64,000 nucleotides of DNA from Thermoplasmatota archaeon. GTDB taxonomy: Archaea > Thermoplasmatota > JAKEGO01. The first letter of the stretch is position 1; the number at the start of each line of letters is the position of its first letter. Below are positions 10,162 through 19,988 of the stretch, in pieces. The notes below the pieces were generated by a model. It had not been told where the DNA came from, did not search any database, and saw nothing but the letters and a program-made list of their open reading frames with translations. The translations under genes were made by a program, and so were the position numbers. The DNA is taken from contig JANQNK010000003.1 of assembly GCA_028279595.1 (NCBI GenBank), forward strand, positions 1 through 64,000, written 5' to 3'.

Positions 10162-12183
10162 TCAGTGGATCTCCGCGCCTGACTTGATCTCCTTGCTAGG
10201 ATCCGGCATCAACATCGAGACGACGCCGTCCTTCTGCGCTGCAAGGAGCATCCCTTCGGACTTCACACCCCTAAGCTTCGCCGGTTTCAGGTTCGCCACA
10301 ACGATGATCTTCTTTCCGACCATGTCCTCGCGCTGATAGTACGGCTTCATCCCGGCAACGATCTGGCGTTCCTCGCCGCCGATGTCGACCTTCATCACGT
10401 AGAGCTTGTCCGCATCCGGGTGCTTCTCGACGGAGAGGATCTCCGCGACCCTCAGGTCGAGCCTGTTCAGGTAGTCCATGCTGATCATTTCCTTCTCCTC
10501 CTTCTCTTCCTCAGGCTCCTTCGGCTCCCCGCCGCCATCCCAGTTATCGAGGACCTCCTCGAGGTCTATGACATTGAAGAGTATCTCCGGTTTCTCCATC
10601 GCTGCCGTTTCGAGGTCCACGAGACCGTCAGACCATGTGTCCTCATGGATCGACCCCTCTCCGCCCATCATAGCGTACAGACGGTCGGCGGAATGGGGCA
10701 GGAACGGTGCCATCAGGTAGTTCAGGGCCTTCACGACCCGACACGCGGTGTGGACAACGGTCGATGCCTCGTCCATGTCTGTCTTGACGAGCTTCCATGG
10801 CTCCCTGACCATGAGGTACCTGTTGCCCTCCTGGGCCAGGGCCATCACCTCGCGCATCCCGTCCTTGAACCTGCACTCGGTCAATGCGGATGCCGTGAGC
10901 TCGTATGCCTTCTCTATGGCAGCTAGCATTGCGTCATCGTCCCCTGTCGGGGGAGCGGCGACGGGCGGTATCCCGTTGAAGTTCGCGACAGCGAACGTCA
11001 GCGTCCTGTTGATGAAGTTCCCGAGGGTCCCGACGAGCTCGTTGTTGTTCTTCGCCACGAAGTCCTCCCAGGTGAAGTCTGTGTCCTTCCGCTCCGGCAT
11101 GTTCACGGAGAGATAGTAACGCAGAGCGTCCACAGAGAACTGCTCGAGGAAGTCGTCGACGTAGATGACGTGGCCCCGGCTCTTCGAGAACTGGAGTCCG
11201 CGGAACGACAGGTATTCGTTGGCCGGTACGTCATAGGGGAGGTTGAGACCGCCGTAGCCCATGAGCTCCGCCGGCCAGATGATGGTGTGGAACGGGATGT
11301 TGTCCTTGGCGAGGAAGTAGTAATGGCGGCACTCGGGGTCCTGCCAGAAGCGCTTCCAGGCCTCCTCGTCACCGGACCTGCGGGCCCACTCCTTCGCGGT
11401 CGATAGGTACCCGATGACGGCCTCGAACCAGACGTAGATCCGCTTGGTCTCATACCCCTCCAGGGGGACCTCTATGCCCCACTTCAGGTCGCGGGTGATC
11501 GCGCGGTCCCTGATGCCCTCGTTGAGCCAGTTCCTGGTGAAACCCATGGTGTTAGGCCGCCAGTGGTCCTTGTCCTTGACCCACTCCTCCAGCCTGTCCT
11601 GGAACCCGCTGAGTGCGAGGAAGAAATGGCTCGTCCTCCTGATCTCGGGCGTTGCGCCGCAGAGCTTGCACCTGGGATCGATGAGCTCGTCCGGATTGAG
11701 CGGCCGGCCGCAGTTGTCGCACTGGTCGCCGCGAGCATCTCCGTAGCCACAGTGGGGACACTCGCCCTCCACATACCTGTCGGGGAGGAACTGGTCGCAC
11801 GCGACGCAGTAGAGCGCGTCGAGCTCCTTTTCGTAGACGTGGCCGTTCTCCTTCAGTCTCAGGAATACGTCCTGGGCGACCTCGGCGTGGTTCGGATGGT
11901 GGGTCTGGAAGAAGAGGTCGAAGGTCACTCCGAGGTCGTTAAGGATCCTCGTGTTTAACTGATGGTATCTCTCGGCGATGACCTCGGGCTCCACACCTTC
12001 AGACTTTGCCGTGACGGTGATCGGAGTACCATGCTGGTCGCTCCCGGACACCATCAGGACCTCGCTGCCGGACATCCTGTGGAATCTCGCGAATATGTCG
12101 CACGGCAGGTAACAGCCGGCGACGTGGCCCAGATGCAGCGGACCGTTGGCGTAAGGCCAGGCTACCCCGATGAATATCCTCAT
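10162..12183 (-). CDS. metG: Methionine--tRNA ligase with C-terminal tRNA-binding domain
   Basis: PYANGPLHLGH (HIGH motif), zinc knuckles, KDNIPFH, QFSKS (KMSKS), C-terminal HPDADKLY..NLKPAKLRG.KSEGM. Confidence 0.98.
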   Translation of the reverse strand: MRIFIGVAWPYANGPLHLGHVAGCYLPCDIFARFHRMSGSEVLMVSGSDQHGTPITVTAKSEGVEPEVIAERYHQLNTRILNDLGVTFDLFFQTHHPNHAEVAQDVFLRLKENGHVYEKELDALYCVACDQFLPDRYVEGECPHCGYGDARGDQCDNCGRPLNPDELIDPRCKLCGATPEIRRTSHFFLALSGFQDRLEEWVKDKDHWRPNTMGFTRNWLNEGIRDRAITRDLKWGIEVPLEGYETKRIYVWFEAVIGYLSTAKEWARRSGDEEAWKRFWQDPECRHYYFLAKDNIPFHTIIWPAELMGYGGLNLPYDVPANEYLSFRGLQFSKSRGHVIYVDDFLEQFSVDALRYYLSVNMPERKDTDFTWEDFVAKNNNELVGTLGNFINRTLTFAVANFNGIPPVAAPPTGDDDAMLAAIEKAYELTASALTECRFKDGMREVMALAQEGNRYLMVREPWKLVKTDMDEASTVVHTACRVVKALNYLMAPFLPHSADRLYAMMGGEGSIHEDTWSDGLVDLETAAMEKPEILFNVIDLEEVLDNWDGGGEPKEPEEEKEEKEMISMDYLNRLDLRVAEILSVEKHPDADKLYVMKVDIGGEERQIVAGMKPYYQREDMVGKKIIVVANLKPAKLRGVKSEGMLLAAQKDGVVSMLMPDPSKEIKSGAEIH

Positions 12184-12205
12184 CTAGACCCTTTACCATC
12201 GAATC

Positions 12206-12220
12206 GATAAAAAGGGTTTT
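12206..12220 (-). promoter_or_regulatory. BRE/TATA promoter of metG (probably a leaderless transcript)
   Basis: Minus strand reads AAAACCCTTTTTATC, ending 23 nt before the ATG at 12183. Confidence 0.6.
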
Positions 12221-12284
12221 CGGTGACGCCCTCCGTATGGTTTCTGGATAAAACTCATATTCCAGAACGACCCTCTAACCAGCG

Positions 12285-13547
12285 ATGGCAGAGGTCAGGC
12301 GCGGTGGCTTCCACAGGATCGTTCTTCTAACTGTAGTCCTGATGCTCCTGGTGACGTTCTCTTCCGAGGCGGACCCTGAGGACGAGGACTGTGCCGAATG
12401 CCATGGACGGTTCACCCCCCCCACTATCGTCGCCCAGGGGCCATCCGAGGTACCCGTGGACGAGCCCTTCGAGGTCAGCATCGTCATCTTCAACCATGAG
12501 GCACGTGGTATCCACTACGATCTCCGGGACATAGAGGCCAGCATCTCGATTCCGGACAATTCAAGTGTCATTCTGGCATCGGGGGAGAATGGAACCAAGA
12601 CCCCCGACAACATCCCCCGCGCGGATACCGGAACGGTGATGTGGTCCCTGATATCCAACGAGACCGGACCCGCCGAGGTGGAATTCGAGATGGCCGGGAT
12701 CGCCTACTACAAGCACGATTCCAACTCGCCCGATGAGGCCCTCTACCGACGGGAGACCACTCTCGCCTTCGAGGTCAAGGACATCGGGATCTCCCTGACC
12801 GACTATTCCCTCACTGCCTTCGAGGGTGATGCCCTCTCGCGGGACATCACTCTCACCACCACCTACAACATCACCAACGTCACCTTCACAACGTCCAGCT
12901 CCTTGATCGATGTCGTGACGATATCCTCCGAAGAACCGGGATGGTCCGACGGTTTCCCGACCATTCCTGCGAACGGGACCAGGACCTTCACGATCACCGT
13001 CTCATCGGGAAGTCCAGTGGACGGTTCCATACTCGTCTCCTGGGACGATTCACACGGCGAGATGCGGCAGATCAACATCACCGTGTCCGTCCTCGATAAA
13101 CCCGAGAAGAGCGAGGCCGAGATCGACTACCTTAGATGGGCGGGCCGGATCTCCGGGATGATCGAGATACCTCTAGCCGCGTTCGTGATAGTCCTTGGCG
13201 GATTCCCACCACAGGTCAAACCCTGGTTGAAGAAGCTCGGAAGGAAACGGATAACGTATCATTGCAACGTCTCGTATCTGATCCTGGCGATCGCACTGTT
13301 CCACCTGGCCGTTCTCCTCGGCGGCCCGTTCGCCGGAGTCCTCTTCTCCACCGGAATGGTCTGGGGATTCCTTGCGCTCGCATTCCTGATAACCCTGGCG
13401 ATCAACGGTGCGGCCATGAAGCCGCTGATCAAGCGGTTGGGACGAAAGTACTGGATACGAATGCACCAGATATCATCGATCGGGTTCGTTGTATCGATGG
13501 CGATACATGCATATATGCTGGGAACGGAGTTCGCATTCCTGAGGTGA
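12285..13547 (+). CDS. Putative monoheme c-type cytochrome fused to Ig-like domains and a C-terminal 4-TM di-heme cytochrome b / ferric-reductase-like membrane domain
   Basis: Signal peptide followed directly by CAECH (12390-12404) and a beta-rich middle. C-terminal TM helices carry four His (ITYH, ALFH, IRMH, MAIH) in two pairs about 13 residues apart. Confidence 0.7.
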   Translation: MAEVRRGGFHRIVLLTVVLMLLVTFSSEADPEDEDCAECHGRFTPPTIVAQGPSEVPVDEPFEVSIVIFNHEARGIHYDLRDIEASISIPDNSSVILASGENGTKTPDNIPRADTGTVMWSLISNETGPAEVEFEMAGIAYYKHDSNSPDEALYRRETTLAFEVKDIGISLTDYSLTAFEGDALSRDITLTTTYNITNVTFTTSSSLIDVVTISSEEPGWSDGFPTIPANGTRTFTITVSSGSPVDGSILVSWDDSHGEMRQINITVSVLDKPEKSEAEIDYLRWAGRISGMIEIPLAAFVIVLGGFPPQVKPWLKKLGRKRITYHCNVSYLILAIALFHLAVLLGGPFAGVLFSTGMVWGFLALAFLITLAINGAAMKPLIKRLGRKYWIRMHQISSIGFVVSMAIHAYMLGTEFAFLR

Positions 13548-13551
13548 TATC

Positions 13552-13935
13552 ATGACCGAGGTCCTCTTCTGGTTCCATCCCGTCCTTGCCATCGCCGCCT
13601 ACTTCTTCATCTTCCTCAACACAGTCCAGACGAACGTCGGCGCGAATCAGCGATGTCTCTTCAGAACAGCCGCCATCGGGTGGTTCCTCCTGCTGGGCGG
13701 ACTGATATCCGGGATGGTCTGGGCGCAGGCCGAATGGGGTTCCTACTGGAGCTGGGACCCGAAGGAGACGGCTACCCTTGCATTGTTCCTCTCCCTCTCC
13801 GCATATCACATCGTGCTCGAGAAGGAGTATGGCTGGAAGATCCTCCGTTTCCTTTCGCTGACGAACGGTGCGTTGATATTCGTTACCCTGATGATATCGA
13901 AGATCATGGAGAGCCTTCACTCCCATTACGTTTGA
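13552..13935 (+). CDS. ccsA: Minimal cytochrome c biogenesis protein, CcsA type (WWD domain)
   Basis: GMVWAQAEWGSYWSWDPKET, His in FHP, AYH and SLHSH. The SD GAGGTGA overlaps the upstream stop codon. Confidence 0.85.
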   Translation: MTEVLFWFHPVLAIAAYFFIFLNTVQTNVGANQRCLFRTAAIGWFLLLGGLISGMVWAQAEWGSYWSWDPKETATLALFLSLSAYHIVLEKEYGWKILRFLSLTNGALIFVTLMISKIMESLHSHYV

Positions 13936-13938
13936 ATT

Positions 13939-16900
13939 TCAGGGATCGACGAGCTTCCGACATTCGTCGCAGGCCCAGCTGTCGTACTTCTTGTCAAAGC
14001 GGATCGGAGAACCGCAGTCGGGGCATCTTCGTTCCGGAGCTTTGCTCTTCCTCGATGGAGGTGCCTCCCGGACTGGCGTCCTTCGTACCGGTTCCTCGAA
14101 CGTCGCTTTCGGGATCCTCTGCGACCTACGGGGCTCCCTTTCCCCCCATCCCGATGTATCGAAGGGTCCGACGTCACGTGGTGGAGGACGTCTGTATCTC
14201 TCCGGTTTCTCGATCCCATCATGATACAAAGCTGTACGATTCGTTGGTCTTGCCGGAGCCTCTCTCCTCGAAGGTGGGTCCTTCTTTTTCCGGGTGAGGA
14301 GGATAGCGACCAATACGACCAGTAGCACGATCAGCGATATCGCACCCAGGACCTCCGTCGGGAGAAACGCTTCATCCCTGGATTCTCCTTCGCTATCGGG
14401 TTCGGTCGGGGACGGGTCCGGGTCCTCTCCAATAGGATCTTCTCCTATTGGATCCTCACCCGTGGGATCCTCGGGATCCGACCTTTTATCCGTGAAAGGA
14501 TATCTGTCATAGATCTTCCTACCTCTTGTGTACGGCTCCTCCCCTATTCCATCGCCGTCATCGTCTGTTCCGTTATAGTTAGCCCAGTAATTGCCTTCAG
14601 AACCGTCGTCGAATGTACAGTTTCCATAGTTGACTGCATATGAATCAGTGGTGTTCCCTCTGAACGTATTGTGATGTACGGTGTTCCAATGAGAATGTCC
14701 TTTGATCTGGATCCCATGACCAATATCCACGACGAATGAATTGCTGTACACATCGGTATCACTGGCCGCTACGTAATCCTGTTGGCCGTAGATGGTCAAA
14801 TGGACATGCGCCTTCAATCCCTCATCGTAATACGTACCTGTAAGCCTGTAATTCGGCGATGAGTACCCATCGATCAACAATCCATTGACGTTGCAGCCCT
14901 TGATCACATTCGACGACACCGTCGCGTAACTCGAAGCGAAGATGTGGATGCCTGACGAGCCGTTGATGATGGTGTTACCCGCTATCTCTTCCCGGTGTGA
15001 GAACTCGATGTGAATCCCATGTATCCTGCTTTCGATCGTATTGTTGGACATGCGGTTCCGACCCGTGGTCGCTGAGTACCTCTCATGATTTGGCGACGGT
15101 TGCATGTTCCTGTAAAAGGGGATGGTCACCCGATTATCGATGTGGATGCCGGTCGAGCTGCCGCTGATGTGATTCCCATCGATGATGTTCTCAGTTGAAT
15201 CCTCCAGTTCGATGGGATGACTGACATTGAACGAATTGTTGAAGATATGGTTGCCATTTCCGCGAACGATGCTGATACCATACTTCAGACCGCGACCATC
15301 CCTGCCGTCGAAGTGGCAATCCATGATCGAGCAATCATCAGTGGTCAATTCGATCCCCGTTGATAGGAGATCCCCGGTCAAACTCACACCTGAGATCTTC
15401 GCACCTGGTTCCTTGAACCTGATGACGGTGTCTCCCTCGTATCTTGCATCGATGGTCGTCGTGTACGTACCGTTTCCGATTATCTCGACCCCGGCCGGGA
15501 CCTTTATCTTCTCGTAGTAGGTCCCGTCATGCACTCGGACGACGTCGTCTGGGCCAGAGGATTTCAATGCATCCTCGATGGTATCGAAATCCGCACCAAT
15601 CCAATCATCATCCACGATCCAGGTCATCGGGATCCGTGAACCGTTCGGTTCCATTACGGGATGATGGTCCTTTGAATCCTGGGCACCATCGATATTGTAG
15701 GCCTTCTCGCCGGTTCCGTCCCCATCCAGGTCGGATCCGGAATAGTCGGACCAGAAATTTCCAGAAAGGTACCTGTCCCAGTAATTTTCGGCCGATCCGT
15801 CAAAGGCTTGTTTTTGAGTTCCGTTCCCATTGGCTATCAGTGTGTTTCCGGTGATATGGTTCATGTAACTGTGCTTGTTCACCCAGATGGCGAAATCGGT
15901 GCTATTGAAGACTGTGCATTTGGTCAATTGCCCCATGTCACTACTTTCGATCTTTATCCCGTATTCACGATTGTTGATGAACCGGGATCCATCGACGTCG
16001 ACCATCTGGGAATATCTGATCGAGAGCCCGTTTCTCTGCGATCCCCGGACCACACTGTCCTCGATCGTGATGTTGTTTGAGAATGTGAGCAGGATCCCGG
16101 ACCCAGTTGAATTCAACACCCGGCAACCGACTATCGTGATATCCCATGCGTATATGGTCCTGATACCCCTATAATGCCCAGTAAATGTGCAATTTCGAAT
16201 AGTAATATTGCCTAGATTATCAACGACCGCTCCTTCGCTATCGGCATGGCCCAGTACATGAAGATCGCTTATGGTAACGTTCTCAGACAAGATCTCAAGG
16301 CAAGATCCATTGGGTATGTACAGAACGGTGGACCCGGATCCATTTCCCACGATGGATATCGATGAATTGATGGTCAATAGATCGGTGTAATTACCCGAGT
16401 AGAGTCGGATCGTATCCCCCGGCTGCACCCATTCTAACGCTTCCGTAATTGTGGTAAAATCGACTCCCCGCCCTGGTTCCTCGGCAACGGACCAGGTATT
16501 AAGATCAGAACCTCCCCAGATAATGATCGCATCCGGCTCGCTCCAGAGACTCCCATTGTCCATGACCCGCAGGGATATCGTCGTGACCCCGTCGGGGAAT
16601 GGCCCCGCCTCGACGGTGGAATTCGTCCCATTATAGAATTCCCCGTCTCCTGATGAACTCCATGAATAGAGAGCTACGGATCCATCGATATCCGTTGCGT
16701 TCGCTGAAAGGATCAACGTGGAGTTCGTTTCCACCACTGTCCTTTGAGGGAATTGAATGAAACCCGATGGTTGATGGTTGATGATCCGACGGGTAGCGTT
16801 CGGTCTGGAGTATGGGAACCTATCCTGGGAACCTGCTGAACCTTCAATTTCGTAAGGGACATCGAACACACGATCGTTGTCCTTGTCCTCCCCTGTCGCG

Positions 16901-18156
16901 TCTGACCAGAAGTTCCCCTCCCAACCGTCATCCCAGATGTTGTCGGGTGAATCATCGTATCCCTGCCGGCCTGACCCGTTACCGTTGTCCCAGACCTGGT
17001 TGGCCAAGAATGAATTGTTCTTACAATACATCGATTCGCTCCCACCGAGGATCATCATCCCATGTCCGGCGTTATTTGAGATCAAGTTCGATCGGACCTC
17101 GTTGTGGCCCGACCCATCGAACAGCTGGATCCCGTGTCCGAGATTGTGCGAGAATGTATTGTTCTCGATCCGGTTCTGACCGCTACCCTCGATGGCGACA
17201 CCTGACCAATCGTTGAATGAACATGAGTTGTCGGTTATCACATTGTTATAGTTCGTACCGGACAGATAGATGCCGTTCTTGTGACATTCCCTGATGACAT
17301 TGCCATTTATCGTAATACCACTCGAATGGCGGATCATTATCCCATGCCTGCCACAGGATGAGATTGAGTTGTTCGATATCTCGATCCCCGTGGAGTTCCC
17401 GAGGCGTATGCACCTCGATTCCATTCCTGTGAAGTCACACCCGGATATCTCGATATCCTCCGATCCATCAAGTCCTATTGCTCCGTTGGACATGTCTTGG
17501 AAAGTACTCATCCGAACGTGCGAAGACTCAGAATTCTCGAATGAGATACCCCATAGCAAGCAATTCCTGAACTCGTTTCCGGAGGTCTTGATGGTGTTTG
17601 AATCGACTATTCGTAATCCCTTCTCAGTGATGTTTTCGAACATGTTTCCTGTGATGCTCACTCCGTAGGTCTCATCGACCTCGATTCCCGTTCTGTTGCA
17701 GTTCCGGAAAACGTTGTCGATATAGCTATGTGAGGAAAAGACCGTTCGAGATCCCTTCCAGCAGTTGTAGAACAGGTTGTTCGAGATCGTACATGAGTCC
17801 GTCATCATGTGAATCCCACAGAATTCATCCATATTACCTGTAGTGATGGCCAGGTTCGATACTGTCGAGGGCTTTGTGATCCTGATCGCATTCCATATTC
17901 CCTGACCATCGATCAGGGATGCATCCGTTCCATTTCCATTGAGCGTGACGGAATTGTTGATCCACAGGTTCTCGTAGTAAACGCCCTCGTAAACGAGGAC
18001 AGTGTCACCATCCGCGGATGCATCGAGGGCGTCCTGAATGGAAGTGTAATCCGCCCATGAACCTCCGTCATCATCCACTATGAAGGTGTCCCCCGCCGCG
18101 GAGATCGTCATGAACACGAAAGCAATTACGAACCCGATGGTGGCCAGTGCTCTCAG
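13939..18156 (-). CDS. Large surface protein: three NosD/pectin-lyase-like beta-helix modules, a PKD-like domain, TM helix and cytoplasmic zinc ribbon
   Basis: VDDDGGSWADYTSIQDA start, three GN(F/Y)W..D..D.DG..PY ends, TM near the C-terminus, CPDCG..CDEC. The frame is open upstream of the tracked GTG (18117) to a CTG at 18156, which gives a full signal peptide. Exact start uncertain. Confidence 0.8.
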   Translation of the reverse strand: MRALATIGFVIAFVFMTISAAGDTFIVDDDGGSWADYTSIQDALDASADGDTVLVYEGVYYENLWINNSVTLNGNGTDASLIDGQGIWNAIRITKPSTVSNLAITTGNMDEFCGIHMMTDSCTISNNLFYNCWKGSRTVFSSHSYIDNVFRNCNRTGIEVDETYGVSITGNMFENITEKGLRIVDSNTIKTSGNEFRNCLLWGISFENSESSHVRMSTFQDMSNGAIGLDGSEDIEISGCDFTGMESRCIRLGNSTGIEISNNSISSCGRHGIMIRHSSGITINGNVIRECHKNGIYLSGTNYNNVITDNSCSFNDWSGVAIEGSGQNRIENNTFSHNLGHGIQLFDGSGHNEVRSNLISNNAGHGMMILGGSESMYCKNNSFLANQVWDNGNGSGRQGYDDSPDNIWDDGWEGNFWSDATGEDKDNDRVFDVPYEIEGSAGSQDRFPYSRPNATRRIINHQPSGFIQFPQRTVVETNSTLILSANATDIDGSVALYSWSSSGDGEFYNGTNSTVEAGPFPDGVTTISLRVMDNGSLWSEPDAIIIWGGSDLNTWSVAEEPGRGVDFTTITEALEWVQPGDTIRLYSGNYTDLLTINSSISIVGNGSGSTVLYIPNGSCLEILSENVTISDLHVLGHADSEGAVVDNLGNITIRNCTFTGHYRGIRTIYAWDITIVGCRVLNSTGSGILLTFSNNITIEDSVVRGSQRNGLSIRYSQMVDVDGSRFINNREYGIKIESSDMGQLTKCTVFNSTDFAIWVNKHSYMNHITGNTLIANGNGTQKQAFDGSAENYWDRYLSGNFWSDYSGSDLDGDGTGEKAYNIDGAQDSKDHHPVMEPNGSRIPMTWIVDDDWIGADFDTIEDALKSSGPDDVVRVHDGTYYEKIKVPAGVEIIGNGTYTTTIDARYEGDTVIRFKEPGAKISGVSLTGDLLSTGIELTTDDCSIMDCHFDGRDGRGLKYGISIVRGNGNHIFNNSFNVSHPIELEDSTENIIDGNHISGSSTGIHIDNRVTIPFYRNMQPSPNHERYSATTGRNRMSNNTIESRIHGIHIEFSHREEIAGNTIINGSSGIHIFASSYATVSSNVIKGCNVNGLLIDGYSSPNYRLTGTYYDEGLKAHVHLTIYGQQDYVAASDTDVYSNSFVVDIGHGIQIKGHSHWNTVHHNTFRGNTTDSYAVNYGNCTFDDGSEGNYWANYNGTDDDGDGIGEEPYTRGRKIYDRYPFTDKRSDPEDPTGEDPIGEDPIGEDPDPSPTEPDSEGESRDEAFLPTEVLGAISLIVLLVVLVAILLTRKKKDPPSRREAPARPTNRTALYHDGIEKPERYRRPPPRDVGPFDTSGWGEREPRRSQRIPKATFEEPVRRTPVREAPPSRKSKAPERRCPDCGSPIRFDKKYDSWACDECRKLVDP
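14420..14472 (-). repeat. 15-bp degenerate coding tandem repeat (EDPTG-EDPIG-EDPIG-EDP stalk linker)
   Basis: Visible in both the DNA and the translation, just before the TM helix. Confidence 0.7.
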
Positions 18157-18209
18157 AGTATCCCCTCATCGGTCCTATCGATTGACGGATAATAAGGATT
18201 ACGATATCT

Positions 18210-19907
18210 TCAGATCTGATCCGGATGCGGGATCCCGAGCAGGTCCAGGCCGTTCCCCAGCACTGTCCTGGCGGCCTTGACCAGTACGAGTCGTTCCTCT
18301 TCCCTGTCCGATCCGATCACCTTACAGTCACGATAGAATTGATTGAATGCGACGGCGACGTCATGGACATATCCCGCCATCCTGTAGGGGCGTCTGGTCT
18401 CGGCGCAGTCACGGACGACAGATGGGAACCGGGATATGACCTCGAGGAAACGAGCCTCTTCATTGTCGGGTTCGAATACCTTCCATGAGACATCCTTTCC
18501 GCCCTTCGCGATTATGCTCGATGCCCTGGCGAATGCGTACTGGGCGAATGGCGCGCTGTCCCCGTCGAAGTTGAGCGCCTCCTCCCACTTGAAGACGATC
18601 TTCTTCTCGGACTGGACCCGGATCATGTTGTATCGTATTGCACCGACCCCGACGGCCTCCGCGATCTCCGCCTTCTTCGTCTCGTCGATGTCCGGTCTCC
18701 GGGATTCGACCTCCTCCCTGGCGAGCTCAACAGCCTCGTCGATGAGGTCGTCCATGTAGACTACGACGCCCTTCCTCGTCGACATCTTCCCCTCCGGGAG
18801 CGAGACGAACGAGTAGAAGACGACCTCTGGCCGCCGCTCCTCTCCGAGCTCTCCGAGGGCGTGGCCGAGCTGCGTCGCCTGTAACTTATGGTCCTCGCCC
18901 AGGATGTCGATCAGGGCCTCGGCCCTCGCAAGCTTGTCCTTGTGGTATGCGATGTCCCGTGTAGTGTAGAGTGACGTTCCCGACGACCGCGCGAAGACGA
19001 ACTTAGTCGAACGTCCGTGGACGAGCCCTTCCATATCGAGGAACCAGGCTCCGTCCTCCTCTGCCGCGATCGGGCTCTTCTTCAGCCCGTTGACGACGTC
19101 GACGACATCTCCGTTGACGATGAACTGGGACTCGTTGATGAAGGAATCGTAAGTGATGTTCAGTCGAGCCAGGCTCTGGAGCATACCGTCCAGAACGGGC
19201 TTGACGATCCCCGCGAAATGGGAGATCGTGCCGGCGTCCCCGGCCTCCACTCCGTCGATCAGGGACTCGATCTCCGAGGCGACCGCTGGGTCATCCTCCA
19301 TCCGCGAGTTCGCCCACTGATATGCCCTGACCCGTACGTGGTCCGCCTTGTCGGTCTCCGCCGGTGGCAGGTCGGAAGGTGCATTGTCCGTCCCCCAGAC
19401 CAGGATAGCTACCTGCTTGCCGACGTCGTTGACGTAGTACTCCGTCGTGACGTCATCACCGGCGAACCGGAGGATACGCGCCATCGTATCGCCGATGATC
19501 GGGTTCCTTGTCCTGCCCACGTGGAGCGGTCCGTTGGGATTCGCGCTGGTGTGCTCGAGGAGGATGCTCATTCCGGTGGAAGGAAGTGAACCGTATCTCG
19601 GACCCATCCCTTCCAGGCATTCGAGGGTCTTCCGCCCAAGTGCGGTCCCCCCGATGGAGAAGTTGACGTAAGGTCCGGCTGTCTCAGAGATGGTCATATC
19701 ACCGGAGTATCTTCCTGCGATGTCGGAGGCGATCTCCCCGGGCGCCTTCTTCAGGGCGCTAGCCAAAGGAAAACAGGGAAGAGCACGGAACCCCATTCCT
19801 TCCGGAGGAACCTCGAGGACCCATTCCCCCGAGTACCCGATGTCGGCCATTATCCGTCCGACTCCTTCCTCGATCTCCTCTACGAACGCCTCCTGGGGGT
19901 CGTGCAT
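18210..19907 (-). CDS. argS: Arginine--tRNA ligase
   Basis: EHTSANPNGPLHVGRTRN, YYVNDVGKQ, LYTTRDIAYH, KMSTRKG, QYAFARASSI. Confidence 0.98.
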   Translation of the reverse strand: MHDPQEAFVEEIEEGVGRIMADIGYSGEWVLEVPPEGMGFRALPCFPLASALKKAPGEIASDIAGRYSGDMTISETAGPYVNFSIGGTALGRKTLECLEGMGPRYGSLPSTGMSILLEHTSANPNGPLHVGRTRNPIIGDTMARILRFAGDDVTTEYYVNDVGKQVAILVWGTDNAPSDLPPAETDKADHVRVRAYQWANSRMEDDPAVASEIESLIDGVEAGDAGTISHFAGIVKPVLDGMLQSLARLNITYDSFINESQFIVNGDVVDVVNGLKKSPIAAEEDGAWFLDMEGLVHGRSTKFVFARSSGTSLYTTRDIAYHKDKLARAEALIDILGEDHKLQATQLGHALGELGEERRPEVVFYSFVSLPEGKMSTRKGVVVYMDDLIDEAVELAREEVESRRPDIDETKKAEIAEAVGVGAIRYNMIRVQSEKKIVFKWEEALNFDGDSAPFAQYAFARASSIIAKGGKDVSWKVFEPDNEEARFLEVISRFPSVVRDCAETRRPYRMAGYVHDVAVAFNQFYRDCKVIGSDREEERLVLVKAARTVLGNGLDLLGIPHPDQI

Positions 19908-19988
19908 CGTATCGAGAATATCGTCTTGCCCATAAAAGGACTGCTGTCTTCTCGATAATTATTAGAATCGGCGACGCGATGGAATGTC

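Noticed and set aside
12291-12314. Tat signal in the cytochrome fusion (VRRGGF)
   Set aside because: Does not fit S/T-R-R-x-F-L-K spacing, and CcsA-matured cytochromes are normally Sec substrates.
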